Shown: in pieces, positions 53,479 through 64,000 of the stretch | Numbering within the stretch: the first letter of the stretch is position 1 | Layout: the number at the start of each line of letters is the position of its first letter | Source of the DNA: Octopus vulgaris | Taxonomy: Eukaryota | Direction of reading: 5' to 3' | NCBI GenBank assembly: GCA_951406725.2 | Contig: OX597814.1 | Coordinates: forward strand, 155,992,001 to 156,056,000 | Length of the DNA: 64,000 nt | The notes under the pieces: generated by a model | What the model saw: only the letters and a program-made list of their open reading frames with translations | Databases searched by the model: none | Told to the model about the DNA's origin: nothing | Program-made: the position numbers and the translations under genes

Positions 53479-53510
53479 CTGTTACTCGGAGTTTCACGTT
53501 CGTCGGGCAG
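53479..53510 (-). ncRNA. Degenerate minimal hammerhead-like motif in a (TA)n-flanked repeat (53445-53600)
   Basis: Minus strand CUGC-CCGACGA-ACGU-GAAA-CUCCGAG-UA-ACAG. Stem III is near-palindromic (ACUC-C-GAGU) and stem II has collapsed to ACGU. Confidence 0.4.
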
Positions 53511-53624
53511 TTTTTGTTTAAATAAAGCATATTACTCTACCCCTGGTATTTGAGTACTCTTTTTTCCACCTTGTTTCACACTTATGTGTTTACTCCGGTA
53601 TATATATATATTTGAGTAGTTGAA

Positions 53625-53795
53625 TGAATTATCTTGCTAAGGATAATTCGGTTAACCGATACCTGGGTAGCAAATTCACATCAGAGCGGCATAATATACT
53701 CCTTATTCCTTCGCAATTAGGAATATGCAGCCTTCGAAACATATGTCGAAAATAAAGGAATTTTGTTAATTCGTCGTTCAACTCCATTCTTTCAT
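53625..53795 (+). repeat. Penelope pLTR-like fragment with hammerhead 3' half
   Basis: ccttc-GAAA-CATATG-TC-gaaAATAAA: palindromic stem III, a GUC site and a poly(A) signal. The CUGANGA half was not found. Confidence 0.4.
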
Positions 53796-53815
53796 ATATA
53801 TATATATATATATAT

Positions 53816-53869
53816 AAGTGTAATGCTTCAATTCCATGTGACACGAGCAACGCCGGGTATCTCTGCTAG
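53816..53869 (+). mobile_element. Isolated Helitron 3' end
   Basis: acacgagcaacgccgggtatctctg-CTAG|T, the same hairpin type as 48007-48035. Confidence 0.7.
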
Positions 53870-54331
53870 TATTATATATATTGCATTAAAGAAAATATAA
53901 AAGAAAAGTGTAATGCTTCAATTCCGTAAGAGTTCTTTCCGTCTTTACATACCATAACAAAAATTCAAAACATGGCATATTTATCCCATACTACTCATCT
54001 TTATGCCCAGATTCTAAAATCGAAATCTTATAAAACCTATTCAAAAATGTTTCTGCATCGTCCCTTTGTACACCTTGTACTATAGAGTCTGTACACCTTA
54101 TACTATTGCTTTGCAGTCCATCTGAGTTGTTTACCCTAATTACTATGCAATTCCAGTTAGCACACATGTTTTTTTTCAAATAGATATGTTCTCACCTCTC
54201 TAATAATTTAATGGCCAAAATGACCATCCCTAAATATAATGAAACATGTTTCAACACACAATTTCACATCAAGAATATTGAAAGACAAATTCATTAGCGT
54301 AATAAGTATATAAATGTATGTATGTGTGTGT

Positions 54332-54365
<34 letters not shown>

Positions 54366-54457
54366 ACATATTTTGAATTCTCCTGCTAGGAATAGAATAA
54401 GAGTGGTTAGTGTACGTAAAATTAATATGCCATATACAATAAAATAAAGCGATATAT

Positions 54458-54488
<31 letters not shown>

Positions 54489-54846
54489 ACAGTATAAAAG
54501 CAACATGTACCTATAACAACTTGCCGGAGCCTACAAACCGTAGTCAACATACAGCAGTTATAGGAAATTAAACAACTCGCCGTTATGCAAAAAAAAGTTA
54601 TATTTCTTTACAATGTTTTGTATAATAAAAAAAAAGTGTTATAAAAGTACATTTTGGAAAAAAAAATTTCAAAAATGCAAATATCTAAAACCGAATGATT
54701 TTTTTCACATTCTCAGGAAATCCCTGCCCCCATTATCGAATGTGTTTGAAATCTAAAATTAGCAACTAATTAGTTTCTACATAATTAGTTTACATTACTA
54801 ACATGTAATTTGCCAAGTAAAATTGAAAGCGGCGAACATTTTTTAT

Positions 54847-54894
<48 letters not shown>

Positions 54895-57800
54895 TGTTTG
54901 TGTGAATGTGTGCGTATGTTGATGTAAATATATGCAAACGCACACATATGTATATACATATATATTCACACATATTGTATAGCTTTGGCCCATTTCCCAT
55001 CTTCAAAAAATGAATGAGATGATCAAATTTAAATATCGACGCATGTTTTTGTTCTCTACGTTATTTTTTTTTCTTTGTGGACTCGGGTTTAAAGTTTGGC
55101 ACATATACAGTAATGCATAAACTTGTGTGTTCTATTTAAAATACCTATATTTAGAATTTTAAAAGAAAATTATGAAACTGACCTCTGCACTAAGTTAATT
55201 GTGGCAAATTTGGCCTGGAATAGTAGGTTGTAGCCAGTTAACTTATTCTCAGGAATAAAAGGGGTTTGTACGTAGAAAAGGAAAATGTAGCATCCTATGC
55301 CACCCAAAATATGCTGTGAAGTGGTTATGGTTTGTGTAGTGGTTGTTGTTGATTAGTAATATTAAATCAGCCTACATAAAATTAATATGTTACTAGCCTA
55401 TCGCTTTTTTTCGTTTTCCTTTTACTCAGACAATATATCTAGTAGTACAAATTTTAATGGGCATATTTTTAGAGCCGGCGTATGTGATTTGAGGAAGATT
55501 TCGATTATGCTTATTTTTGCATGTGGAGTGACATAATAGCGGCCCTTATTAGTTGATAGAACCGTTGGTGGTAGCGGACAGTCAATGTAAGATGGCACTC
55601 AAAGCAAAAATCTTGTAGCACATACATGAATAATTCACGAGATGATTTATTAAAAATTTTAACTGAGCATATACATAAAACGCATATATTAAGGAAGACG
55701 GAAGAAAATTTGTTTTGTGTTGACAAATTATATTCATGAAGAAGTAAATCAAATCGAAAAACTGATGTTTATATAACTAGAATTGTTTCTGAAGATAAAC
55801 TTAATTAAAGTCCCTGTAGATGAACAATACATTTATGAAATATAGAAATTTATGATTCTATTAATATGGAAATGCTTTCGAAATATAGATGCCGCTAGAA
55901 TACCAATATGGAGAAAATGTAAGGACGATTTCGAAAGGCGAACACGTTGAATAAACAAATAAAAGAAAGTGATTAAGAAGTAATATGAAAAGTGATATCT
56001 ACTTCAATGAGGATTTTGTAAAATGTACAACATATTATTAATATTATTACTATTATTTATGTTATCATTGTTGTTATTGCTTTACTGCATGCATGAAGGA
56101 CAGGTAGTGCCGATACGTATCATTGATTCTGATTTACAGAAAATGCATGTCTGGTTATTTGTCAAAATGTTTTTGATACACTGTGGCTACATGTCTATCT
56201 TCCCATACATTCACAATACTATAGCAGTTATTATTTCTATAATTTGTTTATTGGATACCACATTTGCTCACACCAACTTTGTTTCATCTTCCTCACTCAG
56301 TTATCACCCCTAATATTGACCACATCTTGATACTGGATTAAAACTGTGCCAAATATCATCCACTAAATTGCATCTGTCTTACAGTTTGTTTATTCGTCAA
56401 CACTTCTTCAATTTCGTATAATGGCGCTTTAGTTATCAATGCTTCAGTAAGGTGTTTACATTGGAGGAAATACAGAATTTTGATTTTACATAGTAATGCA
56501 TTTAAGCCTTTGTGCATGATTCATAATCAAAAGCAGTACCCAGATTGGTTAACATATAGGTGAGACAAATCACTGGTGTTTAAAATACGGAAAGAAACCA
56601 ACCCGATGGTGAAGGGTAAAGGAAATTAATCTAGGTCACTAGAAACACGATTGTTATTATCATATTCGTTGATTATTCTTATCCATCTGTTTATGAAAGC
56701 AATATTGATATCCAAGATAATTTTTGACGTGGTGTCAATTGAGAACATCTTAATTGTGTTTCTTTTTTATACGCTTTATCAGAATTTCATCTCTTAGGTC
56801 TGACATTTTCTCTTGGTTTCTTTCTTTAAACATAATTTCAATAGATTCGATGTATTTATGGCCCATCTGTGTTTTTTTCATTCTTCATGTGAAACATTAA
56901 CGATCTATTTCACTGCTTATTCTCTACCAATATGATACTGAGTACGGTTAGCCTTAACATTTTACAGACATGTGTCATCAAAACCCAGTCTAGATTTGCA
57001 TTAATAGCGCTGTCTTAGAGATATGCAGCAAGAAAGCAACTCAGTTACCGCGTTCTAGAACTTCATTATTTCAATAAATAAATACAAACAATTAAGCTAT
57101 TCAACAAAACCGAAAATTACAGCTTCATCCCCTTTCAAACTACTAAAATACTGTCAATTATTTATGTGAAAAAGACGCACACGACTACATATTCTTAACT
57201 CATTAACAAATTGCTTAGAAAAAGCCTATGCAGTGTATATTCCATGGTAATGCTATACCAATAACATAGCCAAAACTAAATTTCAAAGGCATCTTTTTCT
57301 ATATATAGGCTAATATTTCAATAGTGAGCTGTGGTTCGACCTCTACAAAAATGTAGGCTATTCGCGAAAAATTACTCCACATACTGAATTCTAGAGTGCA
57401 TTTAAAGAAATGCCATTTATTTATTGGCATACTCTCCCACTTACTCTCGAGGTCAGTAATAAAACTACAAGGTTAGCAATACACTGCGCCATACCATTTT
57501 ATTTTTATTGTAATTACCCTGTGTCTGTTTTTGCTAGCCAGGAATTTTATAATTATAAAATCCATTAATTGCACTAACCTTATCTTCATTCCGCAGCCCT
57601 AGTTGTTACACATGACCCCTTTTATTAAACACTTTTAATAATCACTTTTGACCAGGCTATAATTACCTTAACTTATACGTTTTCGCTAAACACATTGAAT
57701 CCAGAAGTCAACAACTAAGCATGAACCTGTATTAGCGTTACCATTCTGAGCGAATATGTAAAGGATTTGATAACTCATACAATAAAATAATATAAAATAA

Positions 57801-57941
57801 GCCTTGTTTTTCGTAAGATTTATCTTTATAAGCCAAAGCAGAAAAAAAAAACCTATCTTCTTATAACAGTGCTGACATTTCCTCTGTGAATACAACTGAA
57901 GAATTTCGAAATATATCATTCAGTTTCTTAATATTATCATA

Positions 57942-58374
57942 TTGTGATCCCCTTCGGTCATGAATGACCATGGGGTTGCACCTAGACAGTTACCCTCCGA
58001 GGCACAAGTCTATGGAAGACCAGCAGTCGCCCATGCATAGTGACCTCCCCTCTCCACGCCACCGATGTTATCTAAGGGAAAGGCAAAGGCCGATACAGCC
58101 TCATTTATTAACATGCAAGTGGCTAAGCACTCCACAGACACGTGTATTCTTAACGTGTCTCGGGGAGATTCAGCGTGACACAGAGTGTGACAAGGCCCTT
58201 TGAAATACAGATATTTCAGGAAGAAAGTTGTGGTGAAAGAGTACAGCAGCGTTCACCACCACCCCCTGCCGGAGCCTCGTGGAGCTTTAGGTGTTTTTGC
58301 TCAATAAACACTCACAGTGCCCAGTCTCGAAATCGAAACCACTGACCCTAACCACTGGGCCATTGCGCCTCCAC
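57942..58374 (-). mobile_element. tRNA-derived SINE with 13-bp TSD
   Basis: Minus head gtggaggcgcaatggcccagtggttagg...ggtttcgattt. Perfect TSD TAATATTATCATA at 57929-57941 and 58375-58387. Confidence 0.9.
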
Positions 58375-59179
58375 TAATATTATCATAAATAATAACTAAT
58401 GACTATACTTCATTTTGTTATCCTCAAAAGGCCTTTCTATATATTGTTTCACCTCAGACCAGTACTGGTTGAGCGGAGCTACCATTAAAGTTGTTTCAAA
58501 CGCAGTTATTCTCTTCTTTTTTTTTTTTTCGCTTTTCACTGTCTACATTGCTCAATGTATCAATTTTTATTTCGAACACTTGTGTACACTTTGACTACTG
58601 TTTAGAGCAACTCGAGAGACCGATTTGTGGCTCCCACCTTTAGAAAGTGTGGAATTTATGGCCTTCGCGAAGACAATATACGTTTAGCTCAATACGTCAC
58701 CAGCCAGACTGGTCTCAATTTATTTGGAGTCTATTTCCTCTTCTCGGTCTCTTGGCACATAGCCGTGAGAATTTGTGTGAATTTGTGTGAATATTTTCGA
58801 TTGTTGATGCAGCACACAACACTCAGTCATTTATTCAAGACGTTTCTTCAAGAGAACACTGCTTTTGGGAGGCTTCTCATTAAATTGTTCAAAAGCTAAG
58901 GATAATGTTTTAATTTAGCACCGCAAATTAAACAGAATGCCACCACAGATTACGACAGTCGACTATAATACATTCCGTCTATATCTGTTTAGGGATAGAT
59001 GAACTGTTATTGAAATTAATTATTGGAGTTACTGTTGCAAGGCAATAGCATCGACAGTATCTAAACTACTCATCCCTTGTCGGATTGTGCGTCACCATTA
59101 TTATTTAACCATCCTTCTCACCTATTTGTCACAAACGAATAGTTCCTTTAACAGCTACTTAATATAGGGTCACTCAATA

Positions 59180-59392
59180 AGTCGGTGATCTGGCAGAATC
59201 ATTAGGACGCCAAGTAAAATGGTGAGTGGCATTTCGTCCATCTTTACGCTCTGATTTGAAATTCCACCGAGCTAACTTTGCCTTTCATCGTTTAGGGGTT
59301 GATGAAAAAAGTACCAGTTGAGCACACTGATGTTGATGTAGTCGACTAGCCCTCTACCCCGAAAATGTTGGCTTTGTACCAAAATTTGAAAC
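59180..59392 (+). mobile_element. SINE family A
   Basis: gatctggcagaatcattag...ctttgcctttcatcgtttaggggttgat...gtaccagttgagcac. Confidence 0.8.
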
Positions 59393-59462
59393 TCATCTTG
59401 TGTCTCTCAATCGATTTTATTTGTTTCACCTATATTTCCCGAATAATTTCTTTACCGTGCCT

Positions 59463-59494
<32 letters not shown>

Positions 59495-59555
59495 TACATA
59501 CATACATACATACATACATACATACATACATACATACATACATACATACATACAT
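59463..59555. repeat. (CA)n-(TACA)n microsatellite
   Basis: Directly visible. Confidence 0.95.
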
Positions 59556-60344
59556 AGCGGACGTCATTACATAGCGGACGTCATGAGTTTAGATAAATTT
59601 GCATGTCATGATGACAAGCTGGATATGTTTCAACACTGACCCCTTGCCAGGTCGAGAAAATACTTTTTAACTCAGTCTAAGCTCATTCGCATTACGTGAG
59701 ATTATTATTCTCGCTATATCATGCGAATTTATCCATAACTAGGAATGTAAACTGCATGATTTTTGCGTACGCATGCCATCACTTGCTTTCTTTCCATCTG
59801 ATTTTTGCGACATATAACTATTTTTCTTTTTATTCATGAATAACATCAGTAAAGGTATTTATGTAGTTGTCATTCCAATCACTGGACCTCATGATCACGT
59901 TCAAACATAGTGTTATCAGCAAATAACATACATATATACATACATACTTACATATATAAACACACATACACACCTGTGTGTATATATATATACTACTTTA
60001 GAAAGTGCTTTACTTCTCATCTTTGACTCAATGGCTTCCGTTATTCATTACATATTTTAATTATATTATGAGCACAAATATTGAAATTGTATTACACTGC
60101 AGAGGAGAGCAATATTTAAGATACAAGCGAATCAATAATGAAAACAATTAATAACCTATATATTGTCATAAACAAAACTAATATCAAATGTCTTCATTCT
60201 CTGAAGGAGTTAAAATAATCAATGGTTACCATCAGCGGGAGGTTATATTATCAAATTTCGGACAGACGAAAACCAAATATATGTTGTCCATAACTTTCCA
60301 AAAGGCGTCAGTATTGAAACTTAACAGCTATAACCAAAAATAGA

Positions 60345-61427
60345 ATAGACTAACCCGGCGTTGACCGTGAATGAAATTGCTCCTTATATGTTAGAAGAAA
60401 AAAAGCAATATATGTTATATAGAAAATTGTTATTCTAAATTCAATTATGTTTTATAGAAATTTGTTATTCTAAATTTAATTTATTTTTCAATTGGGACAC
60501 ATCATGAAATCAATTCTGAATTCATAATACAAAATAAATAAAGAGATAATAATAAACGAAGGGGGATAAATTATATTTACACATGTTGAAGTTGCAACAC
60601 TTTCGTCAAACGTGTTCATTCTATCTTGACTAAGACGCCTACGTCTTTCCTCTGAGGATTGGCGAAGTCTTGCAGCAACTGTTTGCTCCTGTTTTTTTTT
60701 TTTTCTTGGTCTCATCTCCCACTGATGTATTGTCTCATTGGCAACTGTGGCAGCTTGTCTTTGCCATGCATCCCTTAAACGATTTTTCTCTTTCCTGTTT
60801 AGACTCTTGGCTCCTGCGGATTGCATTTTGTTGACGTAATTGCTCAAACCGTTTTTCCTGTGCCTCTTGTGACTCTTGGGTGCAGCAGCTCTCCTTCGAT
60901 CATTTTCATGTCTTTTCTGTCGTTGTGCAGGGTTCTCTAGTGACGTTACACTGGCTACCTGAACTCATCTTTGCTTCACTGTAGAGTACTGACCATCTAT
61001 ATCTGCCCCATCTCTTTTTGTAGAGAGTGAGAACATTTTGCTCGGAAAATTTTGAAAATTAAAATGGGGATTAAATGAAGAAATGAGAGAATGTTACGTG
61101 AATATCTTCACAAGTGTGATTGAAATAAACGCGCGCGCACACTCACACACACAGTATCAAACATAAGCGTCTCTTTCTCTTTCGCTTTCCCCTTCTTTTT
61201 GCCGGCTTTCTTTCACCTTTAGTTATAGAACATACATACAACATCAAACACCAGAGTCTCTCCCCCGCAATCCCCCTCTCTTTCAACTTCCCTCATGGAA
61301 ACTTTGCTTTCTGTCTCTGTTTCTTTCTCTCTTCTCCCTGTTTTTTTTTCTCATTTTGTGTTCCTCTCGCTTACACATATTCTCTCTCACCCTCAGTAAT
61401 AGTTCATCTCTTGTAGTCTACGTTTCT

Positions 61428-61477
<50 letters not shown>

Positions 61478-61662
61478 TTTTCTTTCTAACTCACACATAC
61501 TATTTACATTTCTCTCTATATTGAAAAACGTTGTGACGAATGAGATGATGGAGGAGAAATAAAGAGCCACTTCCTCACTTTGCTTCTCCGTTTCTTTCTC
61601 TTTTCTTTCACTCCCTCATTGACATTATGTACAGCACAGACATACAAATACAGAGACAGCTG

Positions 61663-61670
<8 letters not shown>
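60345..61670 (-). mobile_element. Internally deleted Helitron with a relic of the charged-repeat N-terminus of RepHel
   Basis: Minus-strand 3' end cacggtcaacgccgggttagt-CTAT|T at ~60367-60345 (same hairpin family as the other Helitrons here). Internal peptides ENPAQRQKRHENDRRRAAA and AARLRQSSEERRRRLSQDR. The putative 5' end merges into (TA)n at ~61670-61800. Confidence 0.55.
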
Positions 61671-61711
<41 letters not shown>

Positions 61712-61760
61712 ATACATATGTATGCATATATATATATATATATGTATATACATATGTATG

Positions 61761-61803
<43 letters not shown>

Positions 61804-62373
61804 ATCGGTCAAGAGGCAGCTGTACTTTGTATATGACGGTGACTTCTGACAGCAATGAATATATTAGACACATACCTTATATCATTTAGGAAATCAATGT
61901 GTTATACAAAACGATATATACGTATATAAAACATTAAATATATGAAATAACTATCGCAAAAAATTATTAAATGTCACCTACTGAGAAAGACTTGACACGC
62001 CAATGGAATGGACACAATTTTATATCTCACATTTCTATTCCTTTGTAAAGGAGTTTTCGACTCGAAATGCCAGGATTAATTAAATATTTCTGAAATTTTT
62101 ATATTTTTTTGGCAGTGTTATTCTTGATATTCTAGTTTTCTGTTTCCATTGTTCACACTTTTCCCTAACAATGATTTTATTTACATATTTCACAATGTTT
62201 TATGCGAACTACAATACTCTTCTAAAATATAAAATTTAAACATTTTTCTTCCCCATATATAACTGAAATACCGTTGATGACCATTTCATTTCCACCATTG
62301 AAATTATGTAAAATAAGTAGCATAGTATACTGCCGTATTTGAATTATAAGACTATCGTGTAATGATAATAATT

Positions 62374-62600
62374 AGAAGAAGAAGAAGAAGAAGAAGAAGA
62401 AGAAGAAGAAGAAGAAGAAGAAGAAGAAGAAGAAGAAGAAGATAAATAGATAATTCCAGAATCGTGAAGAAGAAGATAAATAGATAATTCCAGAATCGTG
62501 AAGAAGAAGAAGAAGAAGAAGAAGAAGAAGAAGAAGAAGAAGAAGAAGAAGAAGAAGAAGAAGAAGAAGAAGAAGATAAATAGATAATTCCAGAATCGTA
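62374..62600. repeat. (GAA)n arrays interleaved with three copies of a 25-bp unit
   Basis: gataaatagataattccagaatcgt at 62441, 62475 and 62575. Confidence 0.95.
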
Positions 62601-62930
62601 AAGAAAGGTCAAGAAACAGAAAAATAAATACAACCCCTAAAGTTTGAAATAGGAAGAATTTGGAGCATGAGAACAATAAAGGCCGTGTCTTTAATAATTG
62701 GTGCGTTAGGAAAAGTAAGCAAACATATAGACAAATGACTGGAGGAGATTGAAATAGAATGCCCAGTAGAGCTCCTACAGAAAGTTTGTCTCTCAGGAAA
62801 AGCAAGGATTATCAGGAGGGTTTTAAGAACTTGAAAGACTGCTGAAAACTTGCAGATAACTGAGACTACAGGTACTAACTTGCTACCAGGAATAAAGCCG
62901 AACGTGAGCCGAACCAAAATGATAATAATA
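62583..62930 (+). mobile_element. 5'-truncated R4/Dong-type (restriction-like endonuclease) LINE 3' end
   Basis: DNSRIVKKGQE..PLKFEIGRIWSMRTIKAVSLIIGALGKVSKHIDK*LEEIEIECPVELLQKVCLSGKARIIRRVLRT* (stop 62832-62834) matches the RLE C-terminus (IGALG, LQK..LLGTARI+R+VL). It ends in gataataata. Confidence 0.85.
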
Positions 62931-63065
62931 GTCCTTTCTACTGAAGGCACAAGGCCCGGAATTTTGGGGAAGAGGAATAATCGATTACATTGACCCCAAT
63001 ACTCAACTAACACCTTGGACAGGATTTTGAAATCTTTACTCAGCAATGTAAGAGCCTAAAATGTT

Positions 63066-64000
63066 TTATTTGATCTCACATGTTTCGATTTTGTCGGAAC
63101 AGTATCACCTCTCCTCTACCCACTGTACTTGGAATTCTCCGTTCTGCTGCTAGTTGTGGTAGATATCTTCTAAAAGGCCGCCAAACACACCTGGCATATA
63201 AAAGTAAAGCACATAGGGCACACCATCAAGGCCAGACAATTTGCATCCTGTGCAGCACATTATTGTATCATATATTTCCATTTCAGTTATAGGCATTTCG
63301 CAATACTCCGCTCCCTCCACCTTGTCAAGAGTCCTGATACGCCACTCTTGTCCATTCTGCGTTCCAGACTACCATTCTTTACAAACAGTGGTGCGAAGTG
63401 TCGCTGAAATATTTGTTGCCATGTTTTTCGCTTCTTACAGCGGATGCCTTAGCTCTGACAATGAATCATTCGTACTTAGTGATGAAGAATTGGTTCAGGG
63501 CCAGTCTCCTGGCCAGAACATCGGTTTCTATGCCTTTCCTAGGCGCCTCACCTAAGTTTCGAAATTTCTCTTGTATTGTATTCCTCTCTATGCCTTATCA
63601 AACCTAATTGATTCTACTTTAATTGCACATTTCAGAGCAAACCTTCAATTTTTATTGATGACTAACCCCGTCATGTTTGCTAAACTAATTCGCTAATCCG
63701 GTCTCTATGAGCGTGTTACGTCGGGAGTGATGCGTTCAACCTCCAGTAACCGGGTCTCTGCTTAGGAAGTCTATCTAAATCGACCGTGCAGATCAAAAAT
63801 ATGTGGTATGTGTAACCGACAATTTTAAAAAGTGTACAACCTATAATATCCTTATCTACTGGTGTACATAGTACGATAACTTGATACCACCATGATGATC
63901 CTATGCGGTTCATCAATGTCCACACATGCACATTCGGGAAATCCATTCGGTACCTGTCATGAGATGGAAAACATCTGAGCAGGTTTTCAACTCCGCGCTT
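63066..64000 (-). mobile_element. L1/Tx1-clade LINE ORF2 relic (endonuclease end to RT start), continuing past the window edge
   Basis: RPGYWRLNASL (cf. GPGYWKLN.SLL) at ~63720-63757. PITEMEIYDTIMCCTGCKLSGLDGVPYVLY (cf. PIT..E+...KSPG.DGLP.E.Y) at ~63200-63293. Confidence 0.85.

Noticed and set aside
62441-62600. 25-bp repeats with intervening sequence, superficially CRISPR-like
   Set aside because: The intervening sequence is pure (GAA)n of variable length, the context is eukaryotic, and there are no cas genes.

Overview
AT-rich, repeat-saturated eukaryotic (animal) genomic DNA. I could not support any host protein-coding exon, so the window is intergenic or lies in a very large intron. Nearly all ORF-track entries are microsatellite or low-complexity artefacts ([16 protein letters not shown]). 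The repeat inventory looks like an octopus/cephalopod genome; this is recalled from repeat families and not verified. Supported content: a near full-length D,D34D mariner pseudogene (32547-33817), a truncated second mariner (49090-49740), a non-autonomous hAT with an 8-bp TSD nested in a LINE relic, Helitrons (one with three stacked 5' ends), relics of Penelope-like, Tx1/L1, R4/Dong, RTE and CR1-like retroelements, many tRNA-derived SINEs, and several minimal hammerhead-ribozyme motifs in Penelope-type repeats. The most striking object is at 51891-52675: a GC-rich, structured ~355-bp non-coding unit present as a diverged direct copy plus a 215-bp-arm palindrome with no mismatch I could find. 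It has a degenerate hammerhead-like motif at the unit junction and is a candidate retrozyme-like or Penelope-mobilised RNA element with a fold-back. Coordinates of degenerate relics are approximate.
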